Source: Acidobacteriota bacterium
Lineage (GTDB): Bacteria; Acidobacteriota; CAIWXX01
Assembly: GCA_040755995.1 (NCBI GenBank)
Contig: JBFMAF010000010.1
Coordinates: 224,001 to 288,000, forward strand
Reading direction: 5' to 3'
DNA length: 64,000 bases
The position numbers were made by a program, and so were the translations under genes. Of this stretch, positions 39,879-49,215 are shown in pieces. Under the pieces are notes generated by a model that was not told the DNA's origin, did not search any database, and saw only the letters and a list, made by a program, of their open reading frames with translations. Within the stretch, counting starts at the first letter, position 1; each line of letters opens with the position of its first letter.

Positions 39879-41335
39879 TGAGCTGTGTCGCAGGCGGGGA
39901 GCCGGTCACGTTCCTTTCCGCTTCCCGCGGAATGTGCCGTGCGTGCCGGCGCATGGTAAGGGTCCGCTATGTGGCCAGAGGACACCGTGTGTTTCTGGAG
40001 CGCACATGCCCAGAGCACGGAGTAGGCAGGGCGCTCGTTGCCGAAAGCGTCGGGTGGTACCTGGCCGCGATGCAGCGAGGCTCGTCGAGCCGGCCTCCGC
40101 CGCGCAGCTTCCCCAAGCGCGCCGAATGCCCCCATGACTGCGGGCCGTGCTCCTTTCACGCCCAGGCCTGCCACCTTCCCGTCGTCTCGATAACCAATGC
40201 ATGCGATCTTCGCTGCCCGATCTGCTTCACCTACAATCGGGCCGATCGCACATACTTCATGTCTCGCGACGAGTTCGTCCGCCAGCTGGACTTCGTGATC
40301 GAAGCATCAGGAGGAGTCGACCTCATCAACATCACGGGCGGTGAACCAACGTCACACCCACAACTGTTCGATCTGATCGAGGCTGCCAGGCGGACCGGGA
40401 TCGGGCGCGTCACCCTGAACACGAATGGACTCAGGCTCGCGCGCGAGCTGGACATGGTGGAGCGCCTCGCGGAGCTTGGCGCATACGTAGTGCTGTCGCT
40501 CGACACGCTCGATCCGCGGATCAGCTTTCGAATGCACGGGCGCGACATCGTGGCGGAGAAGCTGCGCGCACTCGAGCTGCTTGACCGGTTCGGCGTGCAG
40601 ACAACGCTGCTCATGGTGCTCGCAGGCGGCGTGAACGAGGGCGAGCTTGGGCGGCTCATCGACATCCTGCTCGAGCGCAGCTTCATCCGGAGTCTTACGA
40701 TTCAGACAATGACGTACACGGGACGGGGTGGCGGCACGTTCCGGCCGAGGGAACACATTCCCGTCGACGGCGTTACTCGCCGCGTCGAGGAAGCCAGCGG
40801 GGGCCGGATTCGACAGAGGGACTTCCTGCCTTTACCCTCGGCGCATCCTCTCTGTTACAGCGTGGCCTATTTCGTCGCGGACGGCCGGGGCGGTGCCCGG
40901 TCGCTTCTCGGCGTGCTCGATCGGAGCCTGCTGGAGCGCCACCTGACCCGCGGATACCTGCTCGATGCGGGAGCCGAGCTCGAGGAGGCGCTGAGGCTGG
41001 CGATCGACCGGGTGTGGAGCGAAGGTGACGATCCGGGCTTGCTCAAGACAATGAAGGATGTGCTCGGCCGCGTGTTTCCTCCAGGAGAGACTCTCGATCG
41101 GCACGAGCGGCAGCGCCGGGCCGAACAGGCGGTCAAGACCGTGTATGTTCACTCCCACATGGACGAGGACACATACGAGATCGGCAGGGCCATGCGGTGC
41201 CCGGATCAGGTGCCCGTCGACGGGGAGAAGCTCATCGGAGCATGCAACTACAACCTGTTCTACAGGCAGAATGACGAACGTTTCTGGGTGGAGGCAGGCG
41301 TCGTGGGAAAGGCGGAGGTCCAAGGGCCGCCGTGA
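39878..41335 (+). CDS. Radical SAM enzyme, Tes/GDGT-MAS (MJ0619)-like architecture, paralog A
   Basis: CRAC...CPEHG, CPHDCGPCSFH, CDLRCPIC, GGEP, HPLC, HMD...RCP...GACNYNLFYR; TGATG coupling to the SDR. Confidence 0.85.
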   Translation: MSCVAGGEPVTFLSASRGMCRACRRMVRVRYVARGHRVFLERTCPEHGVGRALVAESVGWYLAAMQRGSSSRPPPRSFPKRAECPHDCGPCSFHAQACHLPVVSITNACDLRCPICFTYNRADRTYFMSRDEFVRQLDFVIEASGGVDLINITGGEPTSHPQLFDLIEAARRTGIGRVTLNTNGLRLARELDMVERLAELGAYVVLSLDTLDPRISFRMHGRDIVAEKLRALELLDRFGVQTTLLMVLAGGVNEGELGRLIDILLERSFIRSLTIQTMTYTGRGGGTFRPREHIPVDGVTRRVEEASGGRIRQRDFLPLPSAHPLCYSVAYFVADGRGGARSLLGVLDRSLLERHLTRGYLLDAGAELEEALRLAIDRVWSEGDDPGLLKTMKDVLGRVFPPGETLDRHERQRRAEQAVKTVYVHSHMDEDTYEIGRAMRCPDQVPVDGEKLIGACNYNLFYRQNDERFWVEAGVVGKAEVQGPP

Positions 41336-42756
41336 GCACTCGGGAAATGATGCAGACCGATCTACACGCCGACTCCGCCTCATCCTGCCTCGATGCCACG
41401 CTCGCCCTCTGCAACGCTTGCGGCCGCCTCTGCGACGCACAGATCCGCCTCGATCAGGAACGGGTCGTGCTGGTGAAGTGGTGTCCGGAACACGGCATCA
41501 CCAGGTCTCTGGTCAGCTCCGACAAGAGCTGGTATCTTCGGTCCCTCTCGTACGTGAAGCCCGGGACGCGCCCGCTGGCACGCGCATTCGATGGGTGCAC
41601 TGCGTGCCCGGGCTCCTGCGGTCTCTGTCCCGATCACCAGCAACACACCTGCGTCCCCATTGTCGAGATCACGGGCTCCTGCAATCTGCACTGCCCGATC
41701 TGCCTCGTTTCGGGGAGGGTCGGCAAGGAGCTCACGGTGGAAGAGGTCCGATCAGTCCTCGATCATCTCATCAGATACGAGGGGAAGATCAACATGCTGA
41801 CGCTCAGCGGTGGCGAGCCGACGGTCCACCCTGAGCTCACTGGCATCCTCGATCTTTGCCGGCGGCCGGAGATCGGGCTGGTCTCGGTTTCGACCAACGG
41901 CATCGCGCTCGACCGCGACCCTGACCTTATCCGGAAGATCCGGGACCGCGACGCGGTCATCTCGCTTCAATTTGACGGGTTCGCGGAGGAAGTGTACGGA
42001 TCGTTGCGCGGGAGAGGCGATCTTGCAGCGCTGAAACAACGGGTCGTCGAGAGAATCTTGGACGCCGGTGCACGGTTGTCCCTCACGGTGACCTTGGGGC
42101 GAGGTGTCAACGAAGCGGAGCTGCCGCGTATCCTGGACCTGTTCTTTGCCACCGACCTTGTACTGAGCCTCATGCTGCAGCCTCTCAGCTACGGAGCCTC
42201 CTGCGACGATCCGCTGAACGTCCTGACGATTCCCGATGTAGTCCGCCTCGTGGCCCAGGCATCCAGGGGCAGGCTCACGCGCGATGACTTCACGCCTCTG
42301 CCCTGCTCCCACCCGAGTTGTTTCGCGCTGACCTATCTGTTGAAGCTGGACGGCGGCGCGCTTGTGTCGCTGCCATCCCTCATCGACGTCGAGTCCTACA
42401 TCGATATCATAAAGAACCAGGCGCTCTTCGGCACGGACATGCAGACGCTTGAACGCATCAAGGACGCCCTCTACTCCCTGTGGTCGTCGGACGGCATGCT
42501 GCCGCATCGCGACGCGGTCCTCGGCCGAGTCAAGCGGTTGCTCAATGACATCTCGGCGTTGGGCCGGGCTGGATCTCACCGCGATCTGATCGACCTGGGC
42601 GTGTCGAACGTGAAGTCGATCTTCATCCACCATTTCATGGACCGCGCAACTTTCGATCTGAGCCGCGCGATCAAGTGCTGCAACCACTATGCGATGCCGG
42701 ACGGGAGGCTGTTGCCGGCCTGCGTACGCAACAACCTGACGGCAATTGGATCATGA
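41332..42756 (+). CDS. Radical SAM enzyme, Tes/GDGT-MAS (MJ0619)-like architecture, paralog B
   Basis: CNAC...CPEHG, CPGSCGLCPDHQQHTC, CNLHCPIC, GGEP, LQFDG, PCSHPSC, HFMDRATFDLSRAIKCCNHYAMPDGRLLPAC. Confidence 0.88.
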   Translation: MSTREMMQTDLHADSASSCLDATLALCNACGRLCDAQIRLDQERVVLVKWCPEHGITRSLVSSDKSWYLRSLSYVKPGTRPLARAFDGCTACPGSCGLCPDHQQHTCVPIVEITGSCNLHCPICLVSGRVGKELTVEEVRSVLDHLIRYEGKINMLTLSGGEPTVHPELTGILDLCRRPEIGLVSVSTNGIALDRDPDLIRKIRDRDAVISLQFDGFAEEVYGSLRGRGDLAALKQRVVERILDAGARLSLTVTLGRGVNEAELPRILDLFFATDLVLSLMLQPLSYGASCDDPLNVLTIPDVVRLVAQASRGRLTRDDFTPLPCSHPSCFALTYLLKLDGGALVSLPSLIDVESYIDIIKNQALFGTDMQTLERIKDALYSLWSSDGMLPHRDAVLGRVKRLLNDISALGRAGSHRDLIDLGVSNVKSIFIHHFMDRATFDLSRAIKCCNHYAMPDGRLLPACVRNNLTAIGS

Positions 42757-43799
42757 TCCGGTCGATCTGCAACTGCCTGGCGCACTTGGTTGCCGGACGG
42801 CCCGACGGCTGGTATCCGCTTCTCGGCGTCTACTACCTCACCTACGCCTGCGACATGAGGTGCACTTACTGCAGTGACGGCAGCGGCATCCCGTACTACC
42901 GCCTGCCGGATGAGCCCGTCTCGGGTGCAGGAGCAACCGAGATCATGCGGACCATGCGACGGTGGACGGACTACCTGGTGATCACAGGAGGCGAGCCGCT
43001 ACGGCACCCCGATTTCGTCGACGTGCTATCCGGCCTTCCCGCCCTTCGCTTCGACGGCGTCGTTCTAACGACCAACGGTTGCGACGTGGCCCCGTATCTT
43101 CAACTGATCAACGCCTCCGTGCGATACCTGGTCTTCTCCCTGGACACTCTGAACGAGGATCGCGCCGGGCACATCTACGGGCGGCGCCACGTGCTTGACC
43201 GAATACTCAGCAACATCGAATCTGCCGCAAGCGTCCCGGAGCGGCGGTACGAGATCATCATCTCCGCGGTCGCAACACCGGACAATCTCGAGGACCTGCC
43301 GGAGCTCTACCAGTACTGCCGCCGGCGAGGCTTCCGCTTCGCCCTGTGCCCGCAGCTGCTGGGGGTCAAGCCGCATCCGGCTCTGCGTGATAACCCCGGA
43401 TACCGGAGAGTCTTCGATATGCTCATCTCCGAGAAGCGGCGCGGCGGCCGAATCCATGGTAGTGTTCCATACCTGGAGCATATGCGCGACCTGCAACAAT
43501 TCTCATGCCGCCCAAGCACCGTTCTCGCCGTGTCGCCCGCCGGTAACGTTTTCTATCCGTGCCTGGAGATCGGCCACGCGGCCGGCTCCCTCGCCGATGA
43601 GCCCGACATCCACACCATTCGCCGGCAGGCACGAGAGAGGTTCGGCGAGGAACCACGGTGCGACAATCGCTGCCATTCGGCGTGCGCTCTCGGTTTCTCC
43701 TTGCTCCTGAACCGCCCTTGGTCGATTGTCCACGAGGCCGTTCTCGCCGCGAAGTCCACGTTGCGGCGCACGCTGAGGGGATACTCCAGTGTCTGCTAA
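42753..43799 (+). CDS. Radical SAM protein with C-terminal SPASM/twitch-like Cys cluster
   Basis: CDMRCTYC, GGEP, FSLD; C-terminal FSC...YPC...CDNRCHSAC; ATGA overlap. Confidence 0.88.
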   Translation: MIRSICNCLAHLVAGRPDGWYPLLGVYYLTYACDMRCTYCSDGSGIPYYRLPDEPVSGAGATEIMRTMRRWTDYLVITGGEPLRHPDFVDVLSGLPALRFDGVVLTTNGCDVAPYLQLINASVRYLVFSLDTLNEDRAGHIYGRRHVLDRILSNIESAASVPERRYEIIISAVATPDNLEDLPELYQYCRRRGFRFALCPQLLGVKPHPALRDNPGYRRVFDMLISEKRRGGRIHGSVPYLEHMRDLQQFSCRPSTVLAVSPAGNVFYPCLEIGHAAGSLADEPDIHTIRRQARERFGEEPRCDNRCHSACALGFSLLLNRPWSIVHEAVLAAKSTLRRTLRGYSSVC

Positions 43800-45084
43800 G
43801 AAACGCTCCGTTGCCGCACTTGTCTGCACGGCCTGGCTTGGCGCCGGCGCGTCCATCGCAACTTCTTCCGCTCTGGCATGGATCGTGGGCGTCGAGGAGA
43901 TCTCCCCATCCGAGCTCGACCGGCTTCTCTCGTCGTCAAACCCGCCCGTCGTCGTCGACGTCACGACACGGGAAGAGTTCCTCCGTGAACATCTGCGCGG
44001 ATCCGTCAACGCCCCGCTGGGCGAGCTCGACTCCCAGCGAGGCGCCTTCGAGGCGTATCAGAACACGACCGTGGTGACTGTGTGCCAGGGAGGCGTGCGT
44101 TCGGCTCTGGCAGCGTCGAAGCTGGAAGGGCAGGGTCTGAAGCACGTGCTCAGCCTTTCGGGAGGCAAGCTCGCCTGGTCCAGTCAGGGGCTGCCACTCG
44201 AGTCCGGCGGGCCGCCCCCCTTCGCGGCAAGTGCACGCAGAGGCCCCTCAATCACGCTGTCGTTGGTGGAACAGACCGTGTCGGTGATTTCGGCGTTCGC
44301 CGTCAAGCCGGCCTACATGCTGCTCAGTCTGATCGCCGTGCTGCTAATGCACCGGCGCAGATCGCGAGACATGCTCTTGATTCGTGCGGGCCTTGCCGTG
44401 TTCTTCGCCGGCGAGCTCTTCTGCGCAATCAACTATCTGTGCACCGGCGGCGCCAACTTCTGGCTCGACATGCTCCACGGCATCGGCATGGTGGCGATGG
44501 GAGTGCTGGTTCCATGGGGAGCGTTCATATTGGTCGACGAGCGCGTGATCGGGCTGACGCAGCCCGACGCCGGCTGCTCGTTGAGGCGCTTCTGCGCGCG
44601 TTGCTGGAAGCAGGTTGAGGCTCCGTGTGCCGCGCACCGCATCTTCAAGCTCGTTGCGCCGGCCATGGCAGTCGTCTCGCTGATGCCGTGGACTGCGCCG
44701 ATCCGCGAGCTCAGCGAGGTCGGGACCGTCTTCGGGACGCCGGTGGCCTACTCGTACTCGCTGCCGCTGCAGCTCGCCGACTTCCGATTCTATCCGGCTG
44801 CAGGCGCCCTTTGCCTGGCAGTCGCTTCAGCAATGCTTTGCGGCGGCAGACGATCCATGAGATCTGCTCAGCCCTTCTTCTTCGCAGGCTTCGGGTTCAT
44901 GGCGTTTTCTCTGTTCCGTTTCCTACTGCTCAGCGCGTACCGCGAGACCCCCGTCTGGTCCGACTTCTGGGAGGAGCTCACGGAGCTCCTTTTCACGGTG
45001 ATCTCCATCGCCTTGCTCTGGATCTATCGGGAGCAGCTCGGCCTAGGCAGGGCAGCCCGTGTGACACCGTCCGCCGAGGAGTGA
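43789..45084 (+). CDS. Rhodanese domain fused to a multi-pass membrane domain
   Basis: VVDVTTREEFLREHLRGSVNAP, CQGGVRS active-site loop, LSGGKLAW; about 7 TM segments with a CSLRRFCARCWKQVEAPC loop. Confidence 0.85.
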   Translation: MSAKKRSVAALVCTAWLGAGASIATSSALAWIVGVEEISPSELDRLLSSSNPPVVVDVTTREEFLREHLRGSVNAPLGELDSQRGAFEAYQNTTVVTVCQGGVRSALAASKLEGQGLKHVLSLSGGKLAWSSQGLPLESGGPPPFAASARRGPSITLSLVEQTVSVISAFAVKPAYMLLSLIAVLLMHRRRSRDMLLIRAGLAVFFAGELFCAINYLCTGGANFWLDMLHGIGMVAMGVLVPWGAFILVDERVIGLTQPDAGCSLRRFCARCWKQVEAPCAAHRIFKLVAPAMAVVSLMPWTAPIRELSEVGTVFGTPVAYSYSLPLQLADFRFYPAAGALCLAVASAMLCGGRRSMRSAQPFFFAGFGFMAFSLFRFLLLSAYRETPVWSDFWEELTELLFTVISIALLWIYREQLGLGRAARVTPSAEE

Positions 45085-46118
45085 CGGGAGTGGGTGCCCC
45101 GGATCTGATCAGGCTTCTGACGTTCTTTCGTCGGCTGAATCTGCCTCGCTGGCCGCGCCGGGCCGCTGCACGCATTGTCGAAGAGCACGATCTCTCATCG
45201 CCGTCGGGCGCGCTCTACGACCACTACCTGCCGCGCAGCACGGTGCGATCCCGGATCGTGGCCCTTCACGGCGTCACGCGCAAGGGCAAGGACGACCCGA
45301 GGCTCGTCCGCTTCAGCCGCTCCCTCGCCTCCGCCGGGGTCGAGTGCTTTGTGCCGACACTCAGGGGCCTTGCCGAATTCGACTGGCGCGGCTCCGATAT
45401 CGACGACCTCGTGGCGCTTGTCCTTGGTGTCGCGGGCGGGGCGCGGTCGCTCGGGGTCGTCGGCTTCAGTTTCGGAGGCAGTTACGCATTGGTCGCCGCT
45501 GCTCGTTCGGAGATCAGCCAGACTCTCCGGTTCGTCCTCGCGGTAGGCGCATACCATTCGCTCGTCGATCTTTACGAACGCGTCGCGGCGGTTGGTGCAG
45601 ATGGAAGATTCGCCGGCAGTCGCGGAGACATGGATGACTGGATATACCTGCATCTCGTCGCGGCTCGGCGCCTGGCGCCCGAGCTGCGGCTCGACCCAGC
45701 AACACTCGTCGAGATGGATTCGCTGCTTGACCGCTACTGCCACTCCAGCTCGCTACCCGAGAAGACCTCCTTCTACGAGCGTCATCTCGAAGGCCGGAAT
45801 CTCTTGCAGCAGGATTGGGCGATGGCCGATCGCGCGGTGCTCGAACGCCTTTCGCCGGCGACCCGGCTGCGCAGCGTGGCATGTCCGGTTCGCCTGCTGC
45901 ACGATCCTGAGGACGCGATCGTTCCGGCCGATCACGCCCACAAGATCGCGGCCGAGCTCGGCCGGTGGGACCGCTCATGCAGGCTTGTCGTCACACCGTT
46001 GCTCCACCACGTCTCCCTGTCGAGCGCCCTGATGACGGCCGATTGGGTACGTATCGCGGCACTGTTTCTGCCGGTGATGGCAATGCGGCCCGGGAAGGAC
46101 GAAAGTGGGGCGGACTGA
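45081..46118 (+). CDS. Alpha/beta hydrolase (possible thioesterase/acyltransferase)
   Basis: ALHG, GFSFGG nucleophile elbow, HDPEDAIVP, LLHHV; GTGA overlap. Confidence 0.8.
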   Translation: MTGVGAPDLIRLLTFFRRLNLPRWPRRAAARIVEEHDLSSPSGALYDHYLPRSTVRSRIVALHGVTRKGKDDPRLVRFSRSLASAGVECFVPTLRGLAEFDWRGSDIDDLVALVLGVAGGARSLGVVGFSFGGSYALVAAARSEISQTLRFVLAVGAYHSLVDLYERVAAVGADGRFAGSRGDMDDWIYLHLVAARRLAPELRLDPATLVEMDSLLDRYCHSSSLPEKTSFYERHLEGRNLLQQDWAMADRAVLERLSPATRLRSVACPVRLLHDPEDAIVPADHAHKIAAELGRWDRSCRLVVTPLLHHVSLSSALMTADWVRIAALFLPVMAMRPGKDESGAD

Positions 46119-47154
46119 GCTCGGCGAGCGCCTCAAGCGCGTGCGCTATGCCGCGAGCTTCCTGCGGAGGGGCATGGTACACGTCAATCTACAGGTGCTC
46201 TACCAGTGCAACTTCCGTTGCCGGATCTGCGACTTCTGGAAGCGGCGCTATCAGGAGATGCCGCAACTCGGCGCCGATCAGGCGCGCCTCATCGCGGACA
46301 AGCTCGACGAGTTGGGGCCGCAGATCGTGTCGATCGGCGGGGGCGAGCCGCTCATGCACCCGGAGATAGTCACGATTGCGAGGATACTGTCGCGGCGCCA
46401 TCTGCCTGTCATGATTACGAACGGATGGTTCGTCACGCCGGAGCTCGCCCGGAGCCTCTTCGAGGCAGGGATGTACGAGGTAAGCGTGTCGGTAGACTAC
46501 GCTGAGGCCGGCAGACATGACGCTCAGCGTGGGTGCAAGGGCGCATACGACGGCGCTATCGCCGCACTGGAGATTCTGCAAGCCAACCGGACACGGCCGT
46601 ACCAGAGGGTACACATGATCTCGGTGGCCATGGCAGACAACCTCGATGAAATCGAGCCCCTGATCCGGCTTTGCGGGAAGATGGGCATCACCTACCTCGT
46701 GACCCTGTACTCTGACGGCCGAGGGCAGAGGGACCTTTCCTGTGTTGCAGGAGACGCGAGTGCGCGCTTGCTGGCCCTCAAGGAACGCTACCCTGGATTC
46801 GTATCGCTGCGAGGCTATCTGGGGCGATTCAATGGTGCCGCTCCGGCCGCCCGACACGACCGTTGCTTCGCAGGCCTCAATCTGATGAACATAGACTGTC
46901 GGGGAAGCGTCTCCCTCTGCATCGACCGCGCGGATGAAGTCGTCGGCAACCTGCTCGAGGAGACCACGGAGGCGATCCGCCGCAAGCTGCTCGCGAGATA
47001 TCGCGACAACCAATGCCGCTCATGCTGGACGTCTTGCCGTGGTTCGATCGAGACCCTGATGTACGGCGGAGACCGGTTGGCGAACCTGCGTGACCTCTAC
47101 GGAATGACGAAGCCGGTCCCACTAGCCCCTGAGGCCGTGAGGCGACGGGGTTGA
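46105..47154 (+). CDS. Radical SAM protein with C-terminal SPASM/twitch-like Cys cluster
   Basis: CNFRCRIC, GGGEP, VSVD; CFAG...SLCID...GNL...CRSCWTSC. Confidence 0.9.
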   Translation: MGRTELGERLKRVRYAASFLRRGMVHVNLQVLYQCNFRCRICDFWKRRYQEMPQLGADQARLIADKLDELGPQIVSIGGGEPLMHPEIVTIARILSRRHLPVMITNGWFVTPELARSLFEAGMYEVSVSVDYAEAGRHDAQRGCKGAYDGAIAALEILQANRTRPYQRVHMISVAMADNLDEIEPLIRLCGKMGITYLVTLYSDGRGQRDLSCVAGDASARLLALKERYPGFVSLRGYLGRFNGAAPAARHDRCFAGLNLMNIDCRGSVSLCIDRADEVVGNLLEETTEAIRRKLLARYRDNQCRSCWTSCRGSIETLMYGGDRLANLRDLYGMTKPVPLAPEAVRRRG

Positions 47155-47421
47155 CGAACCGCGCTGGCCTCGACCGGCGCGGCGTCGCACATCGCCCGCA
47201 GGGCGCGCGCGTGTCGTCCTGAAGGGACACCCTGTCACAGAACACAGACACCGAGACAGCGCCCACTGACGCGGTGCGTCGTCTGTTGGCAGGGTTTCCA
47301 GGCCACTCTGAACCCGCGCGATTCTGGCACGTATATTGAATGTGGCAGCCTGGTCCTGGCTGTCCCGGGGACGCGAGATGGTCCTGGAGGTTGTTCCGGA
47401 GTAGCACATGAGAGGAGACGT

Positions 47422-49215
47422 ATGAGAAGTCGACACATCGCCCGCCTGACCACACAAGTCTTTGCAATCCTGTTCATAGCAGCCCCGGTTCACGCGGCGA
47501 CGCCCTTCGCACGCGCCGCCGGTGAGCTCGATTTCGTCCGGCGCTTGCGGGACGCGACGCCCCCGGCCGCGCGCCCTGCCCTGACGAATCTGGTCGAGAT
47601 GGTGCGGATGGATGACGGTGTGCGGTTGCACACGTCGGTCTATCTCGCCTCGCAGTCGGGGCGGTACCCAGCTATCCTGGTCCGGACGCCGTACAACGAC
47701 GCCACCGACGGCCTTGATGACTACGGCTACTCCGGCATCGCCGACTACTACTGCCCGCGCGGGTACGCCGTGGTGATCCAGACAATCCGCGGCAAGTACG
47801 CATCGGAGGGGACGTACCGTCTCATGTCGCGCGGCGAGATCGACGACGGCTACGCCGCAATTGAGTGGATCTCACGACAGGCCTGGTGCGACGGCAACGT
47901 GGCTGTCATGGGCGTGTCGCACGACGGGTTCGATGCACTTGCCGCCGGCATCCGCAACCCCAGCGGTCTCAAGCTGGTCATATCCGGCGGCGGCCCCGCG
48001 GACTTGCGGACCGACGCATTCATGCAGAAGGGGACCCTCGGCACGAGCCTGCTCGACTACATCGACTTCATGTTCACCGAGACCGGCCAGCCGTATGACG
48101 ATCTCTTCTTCCGCCTCATGGAGACGCTGGGGCTGCCGGAGCCGCGGCTTCTCGCCTACGACACGCTTGTGAGCGGCAAGGAGCTGCCGGCGTGGGACGA
48201 GCACATCAAGGCCATGAGCCGTGTCAACAGTGACTACTGGCAGAAGCGCCGGATTCGCGACCGGCTGCACGAGTGCAAGCTGCCGATAGTCCAGTTCGCG
48301 GGACTCTACAGCGACGGCGATATGCCCGATGTCCTGCGCAATTTCGAGTACCTCGAGGAGAGAGGCATCCAGGGCCGCTTGATCCTCGGCTGGTGGGCGC
48401 ACGGGTCCTCCGGCCCCTACGGCGATGTCGAGGGGTACACTCCACCCGATGTGCTCAAGCGATACAATGCTCTGCTCGACTACTACCTCAAAGGACTCAG
48501 CAGCCCGATTCTCAACGAGAAGCGGATCCAGGTCTTTGCGGCGGGCGAGGGCAAGTTCGTGCCATCCAACACGTGGCCTCAGCTTCCTGGATACACATCG
48601 CGCGAGTTCTACTTCGCGCGTGGCTCGACGCAGGCCGGCAAGCTGCTGAGCGCGCCACGATCGGAAAGCAAACCCAATGTGTCGTACGCTTATGACCCTA
48701 AGGTGCTTCCGACGATTCTCTACGATCCGGGGCCGATCCGAAACCACACCGACCAGCTGGCGTTTCTGAGTGATCCCATGCCCGCAGACACGCCGGTATG
48801 CGGCAAGGCGAGCCTGACGCTGTACGTGTCGAGCACGGCCAGGGACACCGACTTCTATGCGGCCGCATTCGTGCGCCAGACTGACGGGACGGATCGTGAG
48901 CTCGGGCCGGGACCGGGCCTTCTCCAGGCCCGCCAGCGGGACGGCGATTACGCGCGGCCGAAGATGCTCGTGCCGGGCCAGGTGTACGCCGTGACGATCG
49001 AGCCGCCGTTCATCTCTGGCATCGTCAAGAAAGGCGAACGCCTCGGGGTCGTGGTCTTCAGCAACGCCTTTCCGGTGGTCATCCGAAACGCCAACAGCGG
49101 AAAGCCGATAGGCTCCGACAAGGCCTTCATCACCGCGACCCAGAAATTCTACCTCGGGAAGCTCTACCCGTCGAAGCTGACCCTGAGCTGCCGGTCCCCA
49201 TCGACCGGCGGGTAG
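47422..49215 (+). CDS. Secreted CocE/NonD (peptidase S15) family hydrolase
   Basis: Signal peptide; MDDGVRL, RTPY, RGKYASEG, WCDGNV, GVSHDG, GWWAH, SSTARDTDF. Confidence 0.9.
   Translation: MRSRHIARLTTQVFAILFIAAPVHAATPFARAAGELDFVRRLRDATPPAARPALTNLVEMVRMDDGVRLHTSVYLASQSGRYPAILVRTPYNDATDGLDDYGYSGIADYYCPRGYAVVIQTIRGKYASEGTYRLMSRGEIDDGYAAIEWISRQAWCDGNVAVMGVSHDGFDALAAGIRNPSGLKLVISGGGPADLRTDAFMQKGTLGTSLLDYIDFMFTETGQPYDDLFFRLMETLGLPEPRLLAYDTLVSGKELPAWDEHIKAMSRVNSDYWQKRRIRDRLHECKLPIVQFAGLYSDGDMPDVLRNFEYLEERGIQGRLILGWWAHGSSGPYGDVEGYTPPDVLKRYNALLDYYLKGLSSPILNEKRIQVFAAGEGKFVPSNTWPQLPGYTSREFYFARGSTQAGKLLSAPRSESKPNVSYAYDPKVLPTILYDPGPIRNHTDQLAFLSDPMPADTPVCGKASLTLYVSSTARDTDFYAAAFVRQTDGTDRELGPGPGLLQARQRDGDYARPKMLVPGQVYAVTIEPPFISGIVKKGERLGVVVFSNAFPVVIRNANSGKPIGSDKAFITATQKFYLGKLYPSKLTLSCRSPSTGG

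Noticed and set aside
35120..47154. Housekeeping fatty-acid operon, RiPP cluster, or MoaA/7,8-dihydro-6-hydroxymethylpterin methyltransferase annotation for the rSAMs
   Set aside because: The Cys-less KS, enlarged ACP and absence of fabD/fabH argue against housekeeping FAS. No precursor peptide was seen. The pterin methyltransferase label is the older annotation of MJ0619, since reassigned as GDGT-MAS.
47155..47421. Riboswitch or ncRNA after the lipid operon
   Set aside because: No conserved aptamer motif or convincing terminator recognised; an Rfam scan would be needed.
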